DNA of 38,247 nucleotides from a plasmid: sequence record NZ_CP077636.1; one strand, 5' to 3'. Shown piece by piece: positions 26,732 to 35,994 of this stretch (position 1 is its first letter; each line of letters starts with the position of its first letter). The notes under the pieces were generated by a model. It saw only the letters and a program-made list of their open reading frames with translations, ran no database searches and was not told where the DNA came from. The position numbers and the translations under genes were made by a program.

Positions 26732-26970
26732 AAGATGAAATAATTAATATCATAAAAGAAGCTATGGGAGAAAACTATAAAAAGGTTTTATGGATATTTC
26801 AAGAACATATTAAAAATTTAATCAATTGTTATCCTAGCAATGAAAACGGACTTGTTTTTGAATATAAATCAAGAATATCTTCAAAATTTATCTTCAAATG
26901 CCCTAATTGCTCGAGAAAAAATAGAAAGGTTTTTTATGCGTTTTGCAGAAGTTATATTATTATTTTTTAA
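26728..26970 (+). CDS. chimeric small ORF: N-terminal 52 aa identical to 28814..29251, C-terminal Zn-ribbon segment (KFIFKCPNCSRKNRKVFYAF) matching end of 29248..29436
   Basis: direct comparison of ORF translations; implies deletion/recombination between paralogous copies. Confidence 0.4.
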   Translation: MKDEIINIIKEAMGENYKKVLWIFQEHIKNLINCYPSNENGLVFEYKSRISSKFIFKCPNCSRKNRKVFYAFCRSYIIIF

Positions 26971-27469
26971 TGTGGTATTTCTTTTTTGGTGTTTTTATGT
27001 TTTTCTATCATATAGAAAAAATCAAAAGAATATAGCAGATATTCAATTTAAAATTGACAAAGAAATAGAAAGACGAGAAATAGAAAGACGAGAAATAGAA
27101 AGACGAGAAATAGAAAGACACAAAGAAAGAAATCAATTTATTTATAATGACAACATTAGAGCAAAATTTGCTTCAATGAAAGAAGGAAAAATTACGGATT
27201 GCTATATAGAAGTTTCTACAGAAGATCTAAAAAAGTTAGACACTTTGACAAATATGAAACGCCCCTTAAATGTAGTCTTTTTTTGCAAAAATGATGAGCA
27301 ACATTTCTTATTTGCCGAAGTAGATACAGGAAGAGATTATTACATTAAAGAAGGAGCTGAAATTATCCACGAAGAATACAATATTATGAAAAATATAAAA
27401 TTTAAAGGAAAAGAAAATGAGCAATTTAATGATGGAACTTGCAATGATGAGCAAGAAAGACTATTATAA
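26936..27469 (+). CDS. hypothetical membrane protein with (EIERR)x4 repeat; start chosen at ATG 26936 (MRFAEV...) by analogy with 29426 (MRSSLE...)
   Basis: N-terminal TM helix, 15-bp coding tandem repeat, C-terminal domain; ORF open from 26840. Confidence 0.45.
   Translation: MRFAEVILLFFNVVFLFWCFYVFLSYRKNQKNIADIQFKIDKEIERREIERREIERREIERHKERNQFIYNDNIRAKFASMKEGKITDCYIEVSTEDLKKLDTLTNMKRPLNVVFFCKNDEQHFLFAEVDTGRDYYIKEGAEIIHEEYNIMKNIKFKGKENEQFNDGTCNDEQERLL
27062..27121 (+). repeat. 15-bp tandem repeat gaaatagaaagacga x4 (last unit variant), coding EIERR repeats
   Basis: read directly. Confidence 0.85.
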
Positions 27470-27911
27470 AGAATTTATAGAAAACGATGTAATAAGAGTT
27501 ATATTTGGTTATAAAAATGAAAAGGAATATGATAGCGATGATTATTTTGAAATGTCGCTTAGAGTGTGGGTAGGAAAAGAATATTTTGATGAATTTCTTA
27601 ATAATCCAAAAGTGGAAAACAATATGGAAGTTGTGAAATTATTTATGGAAACTCCATTTTTCAAAGAATTAATAGATCAAAGCATTAAGATTGATTTTGA
27701 AAATTGGGATTTTATAATCCCAGATTTTTTTAAAAAGCATAATATAAAAATAATTCCTTATTTTCAATTAGGCAATAATGAAAATTTAAGCCCAAAACAA
27801 TTTTTTATGTTTCTTAAAGAATTGAAAGTTAAAGAATTAAAATTTATAACCACCATTCTTTGCAGTAATTCAATTGAAGATGAGTATAAATTTTTGCATA
27901 AAAAATTTTAG
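27417..27911 (+). CDS. hypothetical protein, paralog of 25857..26327
   Basis: see 25857..26327. Confidence 0.5.
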   Translation: MSNLMMELAMMSKKDYYKEFIENDVIRVIFGYKNEKEYDSDDYFEMSLRVWVGKEYFDEFLNNPKVENNMEVVKLFMETPFFKELIDQSIKIDFENWDFIIPDFFKKHNIKIIPYFQLGNNENLSPKQFFMFLKELKVKELKFITTILCSNSIEDEYKFLHKKF

Positions 27912-27935
27912 TTAGCAAGAAAAAAAGGAGTTAAA

Positions 27936-28544
27936 ATGCTATTAGAGAACATACAAGAAAATAATCAATATTCTTTTTATTCCTTGCAAAATGATATTGA
28001 TGATATTGCAAAAAAATATATGAATAAATTTTTTGCAATTTTAACCCTAGCAAGAAATGAAAATACAAAGTTCGTAAATTTAAAGCATTTCAATAATTTA
28101 AAAAATGCTGAAATGGAAATTTTTTTTGATAATGTATTTAGAAACAAAAAATTTAACACAAAAGGTAAATTAGAATTATTTGATAAAGATAGGAAGCATT
28201 TAAAAAAAGGAATTTACCCTGTGCTTATTTGTTTTTTAAATGAGTTATATAAAAATCTTATCATTAACGACAAACAATTTGAAAATTTGTTAGTTTCAAC
28301 AACAGAAGAATATTTCATAAGAATAATTGATAAAAGAGAAAAAGGAATAATTAACATATATTTCCAAAAAGATAAAGAAATTGAATGGGAAGATAGATTT
28401 AAAATTGTAACAGATGGTTTTGGAGGCAATGATTATGATGAAAAAATGCTTTATTATGGATTAGAAAAAGCAAATTATATAAAAATAAATGAAAAATTTA
28501 TAGAAGAAGAACTTGAAAAATTAAATTTACTTAAATTTATTTAA
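27936..28544 (+). CDS. hypothetical protein
   Basis: 202 aa; preceded by same 45-bp RBS-containing repeat as 25514. Confidence 0.45.
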   Translation: MLLENIQENNQYSFYSLQNDIDDIAKKYMNKFFAILTLARNENTKFVNLKHFNNLKNAEMEIFFDNVFRNKKFNTKGKLELFDKDRKHLKKGIYPVLICFLNELYKNLIINDKQFENLLVSTTEEYFIRIIDKREKGIINIYFQKDKEIEWEDRFKIVTDGFGGNDYDEKMLYYGLEKANYIKINEKFIEEELEKLNLLKFI

Positions 28545-28559
28545 ATACAAGGATTTAAA

Positions 28560-28817
28560 ATGAAAAAAACAGATTATTATGATTTTTTAGAAGAAGCAGA
28601 TTGCTTAATGAAAAAATACAAAGAAGAACAAAAAGAATATAGCTTTGATAAAGAAAGTCAAACGATCATACAATCTCCCTATTCTCAAGTAGAATTATCA
28701 CATAAATTAGATTGCGATTGCAATTTTCATAACAAAGCAAATGAAATTTATTTTGAAGTTATCGGCAATATCCACGAGAATGAAGAAATCTTAAAAAATA
28801 CGGAGTTGCTAAAGTGA
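28560..28817 (+). CDS. hypothetical small protein
   Basis: 85 aa; shares C-terminal 20 aa with 26330..26731. Confidence 0.4.
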   Translation: MKKTDYYDFLEEADCLMKKYKEEQKEYSFDKESQTIIQSPYSQVELSHKLDCDCNFHNKANEIYFEVIGNIHENEEILKNTELLK

Positions 28818-29251
28818 AAGATGAAATAATTAATATCATAAAAGAAGCTATGGGAGAAAACTATAAAAAGGTTTTATGGATATTTCAAGAACATATTAAA
28901 AATTTAATCAATTGTTATCCTAGCAATGAAAACGGACTTGTTTTTGAATATAAATCAAGAATATCTTCAAATGATGTTATATCGATAATAATGTTTGAAA
29001 AAACAGGGCAAAAAATTAATATAAGTTTATTTTTTGAAAATACAAGAAAAAAAGAAAAAATTTTAGAATTAAATCCAGAAGAAAAAAATTCAGAAGAGTT
29101 AATATTAAAAGCTTTATTTATCAAAAATAAAAAAGTTTTATTGTCAGATTTATTTATCTTAGACAAAGTAAGTATGTATTATACCCGAAACAAAATGTTT
29201 AAAGAATTTCAAAAACTGATGATAGATAATAAAGAAAAAGGAATACTTTGA
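28814..29251 (+). CDS. hypothetical protein
   Basis: 145 aa; N-terminal 52 aa identical to 26728..26970. Confidence 0.45.
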   Translation: MKDEIINIIKEAMGENYKKVLWIFQEHIKNLINCYPSNENGLVFEYKSRISSNDVISIIMFEKTGQKINISLFFENTRKKEKILELNPEEKNSEELILKALFIKNKKVLLSDLFILDKVSMYYTRNKMFKEFQKLMIDNKEKGIL

Positions 29252-29436
29252 AAAATACTATGTATCCATATTTGCTCAATGATAAAATCAAAAATCATTC
29301 TATGATTTTATGCACAGAAATCGAGTGCAAAAAATGCGGAGAAAAGATTTATGTTGAGTTTCAAGCGAATGAAAAATTTATTTTCAAATGCCCTAATTGC
29401 TTGAGAAAAAATAGAAAGGTTTTTTATGCGTTCTAG
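29248..29436 (+). CDS. small zinc-ribbon protein (CxxC...CxxC)
   Basis: CTEIECKKCGEKIYVEF...FKCPNCLRKNRK; 62 aa. Confidence 0.45.
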   Translation: MKNTMYPYLLNDKIKNHSMILCTEIECKKCGEKIYVEFQANEKFIFKCPNCLRKNRKVFYAF

Positions 29437-29740
29437 CTTAGAAAAAGTGATAAAAAACTATAGTGAAAATTTTTCAAATAAAAGAGATAATGATTTTGCA
29501 CAGGGTTTAATAAAGTATCTTTATGAAAATGATATCATAGGAGAAAATGATAAAATTTTTTTAGAAAAAAATTTTCAATATATTAGAGTAATCAATGAAA
29601 AAGAAAAAAGATTGATTAATGTGTATTTTTGCGAAAAACCAATAATTGATTTTTTTCAAAATGCAGAATATGAAAAAGAATTGAAATATTATGGAATAAA
29701 TGAAAAAGATTTCATAAGCCTTCAAAGGAGTAAAAAATGA
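29426..29740 (+). CDS. hypothetical protein
   Basis: 104 aa, overlaps upstream stop. Confidence 0.4.
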   Translation: MRSSLEKVIKNYSENFSNKRDNDFAQGLIKYLYENDIIGENDKIFLEKNFQYIRVINEKEKRLINVYFCEKPIIDFFQNAEYEKELKYYGINEKDFISLQRSKK

Positions 29741-29833
29741 TTTCAGTAACGCTTTTATTTTCTCTTTCAATTAAAGATTGTATGGTTTATTTTATCAAAG
29801 AGATATTAAACTTGAAAAAGATAGGAAAATAAA

Positions 29834-30067
29834 ATGAAAAAAAACTTTAAAAAATTTTTGAAATTTTTCTTTATTATTAATATTATAGGCATATCATTTA
29901 ATGGAATTCTTTTTTATTTTAATATTCCAAATGGAATATCTTTTTTTATAAAATCCAATTATTATATACAGGGTATCTCAATAATTATGTATATAACATT
30001 TTCTTTTTGGCTTTACAAGATTATTGTTTTAAAACAAATGATTTCAGAGCAAGAAAAAATCTCTTAA
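29834..30067 (+). CDS. hypothetical small membrane protein
   Basis: 77 aa, 2 TM. Confidence 0.35.
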   Translation: MKKNFKKFLKFFFIINIIGISFNGILFYFNIPNGISFFIKSNYYIQGISIIMYITFSFWLYKIIVLKQMISEQEKIS

Positions 30068-30099
30068 TACTAATTTTATTCTACGACACTATATTATAA

Positions 30100-30196
30100 A
30101 AACATATAAAAAACATATAAAAAAGGTATATATTAAGTATATATTAAGTATAATATAGGTATAATTATAAGACAAAACAAAGACAAAGGATTAAAG
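30100..30196 (+). promoter_or_regulatory. promoter/operator block, copy E, with leader variant, upstream of a 35-codon ORF (30197..30304)
   Basis: aaacatataaaaaacatataaaaaaggtatatattaagtatatattaagtataatataggtataattataagacaaaacaaagacaaaggattaaagATG. Confidence 0.5.
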
Positions 30197-30454
30197 ATGG
30201 AAACTATTAATAAACTTATTTTTTTTGAAAAATTTTTTAAAGAAAAAGGTTTCAAAATTATTAAAATAAGTGAAAATAAATTTTTTATTAAAAATTTTTA
30301 ATAAAAAGAAAAAATTATAGAAGAAAAATTCGCAAATACAAAAAGTAGGTTTATTTAATGACAAAAGAATAATTATTTTTGTTTTGCGATTTTTCAAATT
30401 TGGCATTCTATTCTCTTGTAACTTATCTTAGGAAATAAAATATCTAAACTATAC

Positions 30455-30530
30455 TATCATATAAAAAACATATAAATAAAGTATATATTAAGTATAATAT
30501 AAGTATAATATAAGTATAATTTTTAAAATC
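30455..30530 (+). promoter_or_regulatory. promoter/operator block copy F upstream of parA: (a)taagtataat 11-bp tandem repeats x3-4; candidate par operator/centromere
   Basis: catataaaaaacatataaataaagtatatattaagtataatataagtataatataagtataatttttaaaatcaagaaggtggaaagaATG. Confidence 0.55.
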
Positions 30531-30536
30531 AAGAAG

Positions 30537-31214
30537 GTGGAAAGAATGAAATTTATATCTATCTGTAATGAAAAAGGTGGCTGTGGAAAAACCACAATTC
30601 TTTCAAATTTAGCTATAGCTTTATACGAAGAAGGTAAAAAAAATTTAGTCATAGACGCTGATCCGCAAAAATCTTTAGGAACTTTTGTTTCCATCAGAAA
30701 TCAAGAAGGACATTTAAAAAAATTTGATTATGTTATCAAACAAGGAGAAGCTTATTTTGATTATATTCTTAATTTAAAACAGAACAATAAAGATTATGAA
30801 TTCATTCTTTCTGATACAGGCGGTAGGGACAGTAAAGAAATGAGATTTGCTTTAGCTTTAAGTGATATTGTTATCATTCCAATCATACCAAGTCAATATG
30901 ATGTAAGTGTTTTTGATAGAATGATAGAAGTTGTAAAAATGGCTAAAGTTAAAAATCCAAATTTACAAGTGTTTATTTTAATTAATTTAGCTTCCACAAA
31001 TCCTTTTTTGAGTAAAAAAATAGATGAATTAAGAGACTACATTAAATCAGTGGAACAAGATTGTATTAAATTACTTGATTTTGTTATTTTTCAAAGAGAA
31101 AAATACAAAATTTTTACACAAATGGGTTTAGGAGTAATTGAAGACAATAAAAAAGATGATAAAGCTTATTTAGAAATGAATAAACTTTGTGAATTTATAA
31201 AAAAATTAAAATAA
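30537..31214 (+). CDS. parA: ParA-family (type Ib-sized) partition ATPase
   Basis: deviant Walker A 'CNEKGGCGKTT', 225 aa, adjacent to repA and iterons. Confidence 0.85.
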   Translation: MERMKFISICNEKGGCGKTTILSNLAIALYEEGKKNLVIDADPQKSLGTFVSIRNQEGHLKKFDYVIKQGEAYFDYILNLKQNNKDYEFILSDTGGRDSKEMRFALALSDIVIIPIIPSQYDVSVFDRMIEVVKMAKVKNPNLQVFILINLASTNPFLSKKIDELRDYIKSVEQDCIKLLDFVIFQREKYKIFTQMGLGVIEDNKKDDKAYLEMNKLCEFIKKLK

Positions 31215-31223
31215 GGAGCAAAA

Positions 31224-31853
31224 ATGCAATTTAAAAAAGCTAATATAGACGAAAATACTATACAAGATATAAAAGAATTTGCTAATAATGCAAGTGGAGA
31301 AACATCACTGCAAAAAAATGAAAAAAACACAACAAAAAGAAAGAAAAAAGAAGAAAATAAAAGAAATACAATTTCTTTTGAAGTATATTTAGAAGATGAG
31401 TTAAAAAATAAAATTCAAGACGAAGTAACAGGAACTTTAGGAAGTCGTAGTGAGTTTTTAAAGAAAATTATTTTAGAAGAAAATATTTATATCCAAAACG
31501 ATAAAGACCTTATAGAAATATACAATATCGTTCAAAAAGAAGGAATTAGTCCTAAATCTTTTATTAGAAAAAAATTAGGATTAGATACAAATATAGAAAA
31601 ATTTAATTATGATAAAAAAAATAAGAAAAAAGTTATTACAGCTTGGATTAGTAATGAATACAGAGAAAAAATATACGAAAAAGCAAATCAAACTCATTCT
31701 ACAATGAGAGCTTATGCTTATGCAAAAATTCTTTTTTACCTAGAAACAAAAAATTTATTTAGTTTTGAAGAGCAAATGCAATTAACCAAAGAAGCTAATA
31801 ATTATGATCTTGATTTTAAAGAGTTTTTAGCCCTTAAAATCAAAAGCAATTAA
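31224..31853 (+). CDS. putative partition partner/DNA-binding protein (ParB/ParG-like adaptor), K-rich
   Basis: position immediately downstream of parA with RBS 'taaggagcaaaaATG'; no recognisable family motif. Confidence 0.35.
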   Translation: MQFKKANIDENTIQDIKEFANNASGETSLQKNEKNTTKRKKKEENKRNTISFEVYLEDELKNKIQDEVTGTLGSRSEFLKKIILEENIYIQNDKDLIEIYNIVQKEGISPKSFIRKKLGLDTNIEKFNYDKKNKKKVITAWISNEYREKIYEKANQTHSTMRAYAYAKILFYLETKNLFSFEEQMQLTKEANNYDLDFKEFLALKIKSN

Positions 31854-31869
31854 AATATAATAAAGCTAG

Positions 31870-32709
31870 TTAAAAACTAACTTCTATTTTTCCCCTTTTT
31901 GTAGGGGGGGGGGGTATGATATTTTCAGTTTTTCTTCTTCTACCCCACTTTTTATTTAAAGCAAGTGTTTTATCTTTTCTTTCTTCTGGAATATCAAAAG
32001 TAAAAGTAAAAGTTGTAACTTGTCCCCCTTGCCCTTGTTTAGTTTTATCTTTTTCTTTTATATACTCTAAATTTTTGAAGTAATTATTTTCTTTAAAAAG
32101 TTTAATTGATGGAAAAATAATTCTTTGTTCAATTTTATCAATATCATAACTTGCAGGAATATCAAGTAAAATGTTAAATTTTTCAAAAGGAATTATAAAT
32201 TCTCCTGTGCTTTGCCATTGTGAAAGATACCTGTAAAGATTTTTTGTATATTTATTTGAAATTTTACAAAAATTTCTAAGATCTAAAATCGTATATTCTC
32301 TGACTACATTTACAATTAAATCCAACCATTTCTCTTTAATTTTAAAGACTATTTTTTCTTCCTTTTCATTAACTGTGATTTCATCGAAAAAAGATGAAAC
32401 AGAGTATATTCTATAGCCTTCATTATCTAATGTTAAGTTTGAAGTTTTTAGATTATTTAATTTCAAAGCAAACTCTACTACATTTTCATAAAATCTTTTT
32501 TTATTTTTTTCTTGTGGTAAAAAATCTCTAAGTTGCTCGAAAGAAAGAGAAATAGGAACTATACTTTTAGATGTTTTTATGTTCTGACTTGCATAATAGC
32601 AAATCGTAAAAAATAAATTATAATCAACTGCTTTAAAATTTTTAAATGTAAAACAATTTAAATCATTGTGATACACTAAACTATCACTAATTTTTTTGTC
32701 TTTTGTCAT
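31870..32709 (-). CDS. repA: iteron-type replication initiator RepA (Rep_3-like)
   Basis: 279 aa, basic C-terminus, transcribed away from an iteron array that starts about 110 bp upstream of its start; next to parA. Confidence 0.6.
   Translation of the reverse strand: MTKDKKISDSLVYHNDLNCFTFKNFKAVDYNLFFTICYYASQNIKTSKSIVPISLSFEQLRDFLPQEKNKKRFYENVVEFALKLNNLKTSNLTLDNEGYRIYSVSSFFDEITVNEKEEKIVFKIKEKWLDLIVNVVREYTILDLRNFCKISNKYTKNLYRYLSQWQSTGEFIIPFEKFNILLDIPASYDIDKIEQRIIFPSIKLFKENNYFKNLEYIKEKDKTKQGQGGQVTTFTFTFDIPEERKDKTLALNKKWGRRRKTENIIPPPPTKRGKIEVSF
31904..31914. repeat. G11 homopolymer (C11 on the repA coding strand, encoding PPPP) 11 codons before the repA stop
   Basis: gtaGGGGGGGGGGGtatg read directly; the only G/C tract longer than 6 in the window. 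Confidence 0.9.
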
Positions 32710-32820
32710 TCTTTTGCCTTTTGTCTATTATCCTTATATTTTAACGAAATAAAACTTACTTTTTCTTTAAAAAATAATAAAATCTATTTTGCCAATAAAA
32801 TAAAATATTATACCGACATT

Positions 32821-33316
32821 TTGCGGAAATTACATAATCCAATCAAATAGCCTATTTATAGCCATTAGAATAGATTTTTTTAGAAAAAAAATATTAATAA
32901 TTTAAGCTAATTTTTATATTTATAAAATACATTCTAAAACCTATTTTACCATTACCTTAAGCTTTTTATAAGTCGCAAAATGTCGGTATAATCGCAAAAT
33001 GTCGGTATAATAAATAAAACCTATTTTACCATTACCTTAAGCTTTTTATAAGTCGCAAAATGTCGGTATAATATTGATTTTTTAAGTTTATTTTTATTTT
33101 ATAAAATGTCTTTAAAGTCCTATAAAAACTATATTTAAGCTTTTATTAAGTCGCAAAATGTCGGTATAAGTCGCAAAATGTCGGTATAATATTAGCTTTT
33201 TATGCTTTTTTAAAATACATTATAAATCCTATTTTACCATTACCTTAAGCTTTTTATAAGTCGCAAAATGTCGGTATAATTTCCGCAAAATGTCGGTATA
33301 ATATTCGCCGAAAACC
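32821..33316. repeat. iteron array / oriV: one inverted iteron (32821-32840) plus seven direct copies of cGCAAAATGTCGGTATAAt (at about 32984, 33005, 33074, 33162, 33183, 33271, 33296), two tandem pairs
   Basis: read directly; GC-containing 19-bp unit in AT-rich background, upstream of repA. Confidence 0.8.
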
Positions 33317-33917
33317 CGTTTTTGTGCTATGTAGCGTGGGAGCTAAAAATTTAAAAATATTAAAAATTTAAAAGGGGGAAAGTGTTTTAAGTAATATTAA
33401 TTATTTATTATTGAAATTTTATTTTTAAGAAAAAATTTATTAAGTTAATTTTTTTTAAATGAAAAGTTAAAAATTCAATTTTAAGCTTAATTACTTTTTC
33501 AGTGTTTAAATTAATAATAGATATCAAAAAAAAAAAAAAAAAATAGTGAGAAGTTTTTTAAAAATATTTTTTATTTTTTAAGCTTTAGGTTTTTTCTTTA
33601 AAATATTGCCTTTAAAATCGTTAAAATCGATTTTTTATTTTTATCCTTTATCTTTTATCGTTTTTTATCGTTTTTTGATTTAAAGGCTATTTTTGTTAAT
33701 TTATAAGCCTATTTGATTTTTTTAAAAAAATATTCTTTTTTATCAAAGGAAAATATTATTTTTTTAGAAGCTTATTTTTCAATATTTGTTTTGTTTTTAT
33801 AGCCACTAAGTTATTTTTATTTTTCTTAAAATAGTGGCTGTTTTCTTAATTTAAGTTTAAATGCTTGATTTTTATAATTGTCTATATTTATTTTAATTAT
33901 TTTAAAGGATCATAACA
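33317..33917. other. AT-rich non-coding region downstream of iterons (probable DNA unwinding element of oriV) with A18 tract (33526-33543) and short direct repeats (tatcgtttttta x2, ttaaaatcg x2)
   Basis: read directly; no ORF of 60 aa or more. Confidence 0.5.
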
Positions 33918-35033
33918 ATGGAAGAAACTAGAGAAGAAACTCCAAAAACTATTTTGTCAGAATGGCAAGAACAATTTCAAAATAAAGAAACAGAAATTGA
34001 AAAAACTTTAGAAAAAGAAAAAAGCAGTGAAGAATTACAAAAAGAGTTAGAAGAACTTAATAAGCTTAATTTTCAAGAAGATTTAGAAAATCAAGAAGTT
34101 TTAAAAAGTCAATTAGAAAAACAGTTAAAGTTAGAAGATTTGCCACAAGAAGCAAAACAGACTTTAGAAATTTTAGAAGAGAAAGAAAAGCTTGATAATG
34201 ATATGCGTAATTTTATTGAGCTTACAACAGAGTATGAAACTCCAAATGAAAAAAGAGCTTTTATTGAAAACAATCTTAAAGAAGTTAGAGAAACTCCAGA
34301 AATCAATGAAAGTTTGTCTATTTTGAAAGAACAAGATGAATTACAGAAAGAAATTGACAATACTAAAGAAGAAATGGCAAGAGAAGAAAAAGAATTGAAA
34401 GATCAATTAGAAAATGCAAATAAAGAAAAAAAAGGTTTAAGTCAAGAAGAATATGATGAAAAGTTTGCAGAAATGGAAAAAGAGCACGCTAAAAAACTTA
34501 AAGAAATGGAAGAAAAAATGGAAAAGTTAGAGCAGAACTTTGAAAATTCCATAGAAAATCTTCTTAACTCAACAAGTCTTAGTGCGATTTTAAAATCATT
34601 GTATGAAATGGATAAAAGTTTGCATTTGATTTTAAAAGAAAAAGAGAATAATTTTGATGAACTTAATCGTCAAAGAGAAGAAAAATTAAATTTAGCAATG
34701 CAAACAGAAAAAACTAGAGAAGTTGTAATAGATTTTATTAAAGAACTTCATCAAAAAACCAAAGGCGTTGAAAATGGAATTAATGAGATGAATAAAGAAC
34801 GCAATTTTTATTATGAGCTTGATAAACTTACAAAAAATCCTGAAAAAATGGATTTAAAAGAAACTCAAAAATTGCAAGAATATATTAATTATATTGATAA
34901 AGAAACTCCAAATTTCAAGGAAAATTATCCTAAAAAATATAAACAAACCAAAAAAATTATTGAAAATAATATTAAAAAAACAATGGATAAGGCTAAAGTT
35001 AAAACAGCAAATAGCCAAGGAATGTCATTATGA
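33918..35033 (+). CDS. highly acidic E/K-rich coiled-coil protein
   Basis: 371 aa, about 40% E+K, heptad-like periodicity; RBS 'ttaaaggatcataacaATG'. Confidence 0.5.
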   Translation: MEETREETPKTILSEWQEQFQNKETEIEKTLEKEKSSEELQKELEELNKLNFQEDLENQEVLKSQLEKQLKLEDLPQEAKQTLEILEEKEKLDNDMRNFIELTTEYETPNEKRAFIENNLKEVRETPEINESLSILKEQDELQKEIDNTKEEMAREEKELKDQLENANKEKKGLSQEEYDEKFAEMEKEHAKKLKEMEEKMEKLEQNFENSIENLLNSTSLSAILKSLYEMDKSLHLILKEKENNFDELNRQREEKLNLAMQTEKTREVVIDFIKELHQKTKGVENGINEMNKERNFYYELDKLTKNPEKMDLKETQKLQEYINYIDKETPNFKENYPKKYKQTKKIIENNIKKTMDKAKVKTANSQGMSL

Positions 35034-35986
35034 AAAAAAATAAAATATTTTTTCTTTTCTTTTTTGCAAGTTCATTATTTTCAGCAGGTATTCCTGTAAT
35101 CGACGCCGCCAGCATAGCACAAGCAGTTACCAGTTATCAACAGATGCTAAAACAATATGAACAAATGATTAAAGACACTACAAATTTTGAAAAGCAAATG
35201 AAAGAATTAGGGGTAGATATGTCTTCAATTAGTGAAATTTTAGGAGATACAAAATCATTAATCAATCAAACTCAAAGCTTATATGATGGTATTAAAGCTG
35301 TGCCAGATGATTTTTATGGAGAGATTGAAGATATTACTAAAGCTTGCAATTTTATGGAAAAACAAAGCACCTTTTTTCAAACTAAAATTCAAAATGTAGG
35401 CACGAAATACACAGATAAAGTCAATACTTGCATTTCTGCTATAAGTGATACCACAGAAGTTGATAAATCAATTAATCAACTCAATCAAAAGCTTTTAACT
35501 ATAAGTAAAGATGATACTAAAACTTACAATGAAACTTTAGTTCAAATTCAAAATTTAGAAAATGCTAAACAATATTTAGCGTCTAAGGCAAATCAAGATC
35601 GTGTAAATAAAATGTTAGCATTTTATGATAATTATCAAAAAAACGAAAGCACTAATCCTTATACAAAAGCAAAAATGGATAAAGATTTGCAAGAGTTATC
35701 AAAACAATTGCTTAAAGCTAATAATCAAAAACAAGCTCAAGCATTAACAAATTCAATTCTAATTAAAATTTTAGAAATGACGCAAAGACAATATGAGTTA
35801 AATATATATTTTTCTCAAGCGATGACAAGTTTAGGTTTAAATGGAAATGGTGGGCAAATGAATAAAAGTCCAAGTTTTGAATTGACTTATCAAGAACCAC
35901 AAGACCCTAAGGAATATAATCCTTATTTAAAGGATATTAAGCAACAACCAAAAGATGAAAACGGTTTTCCTGTTTTTACTTTTTAA
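35030..35986 (+). CDS. VirB5/TrbJ-like secreted T4SS minor pilin/adhesin
   Basis: signal peptide then 'AGIPVIDAASIAQAVTSYQQMLKQYEQM' (TrbJ/VirB5 N-terminal signature GIPV.D.a), helical; ATGA overlap with upstream gene. Confidence 0.5.
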   Translation: MKKNKIFFLFFFASSLFSAGIPVIDAASIAQAVTSYQQMLKQYEQMIKDTTNFEKQMKELGVDMSSISEILGDTKSLINQTQSLYDGIKAVPDDFYGEIEDITKACNFMEKQSTFFQTKIQNVGTKYTDKVNTCISAISDTTEVDKSINQLNQKLLTISKDDTKTYNETLVQIQNLENAKQYLASKANQDRVNKMLAFYDNYQKNESTNPYTKAKMDKDLQELSKQLLKANNQKQAQALTNSILIKILEMTQRQYELNIYFSQAMTSLGLNGNGGQMNKSPSFELTYQEPQDPKEYNPYLKDIKQQPKDENGFPVFTF

Positions 35987-35994
35987 AAATTAAC

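Noticed and set aside
26840-26935. Longer N-terminal extension of ORF 26840..27469 (start at 26840)
   Set aside because: The extension overlaps the chimeric ORF 26728..26970. The internal ATG at 26936 (MRFAEV...) aligns with the start context of paralogous locus 29426 (atgcgtt...). The shorter CDS is preferred.
32821-33316. Possible CRISPR array, because of regularly repeated 19-21-bp units
   Set aside because: Spacing is irregular (0, 50 and 70 bp). 'Spacers' are themselves duplicated. One unit is inverted. No cas genes. The array sits upstream of a rep gene next to parA. This is an iteron origin.
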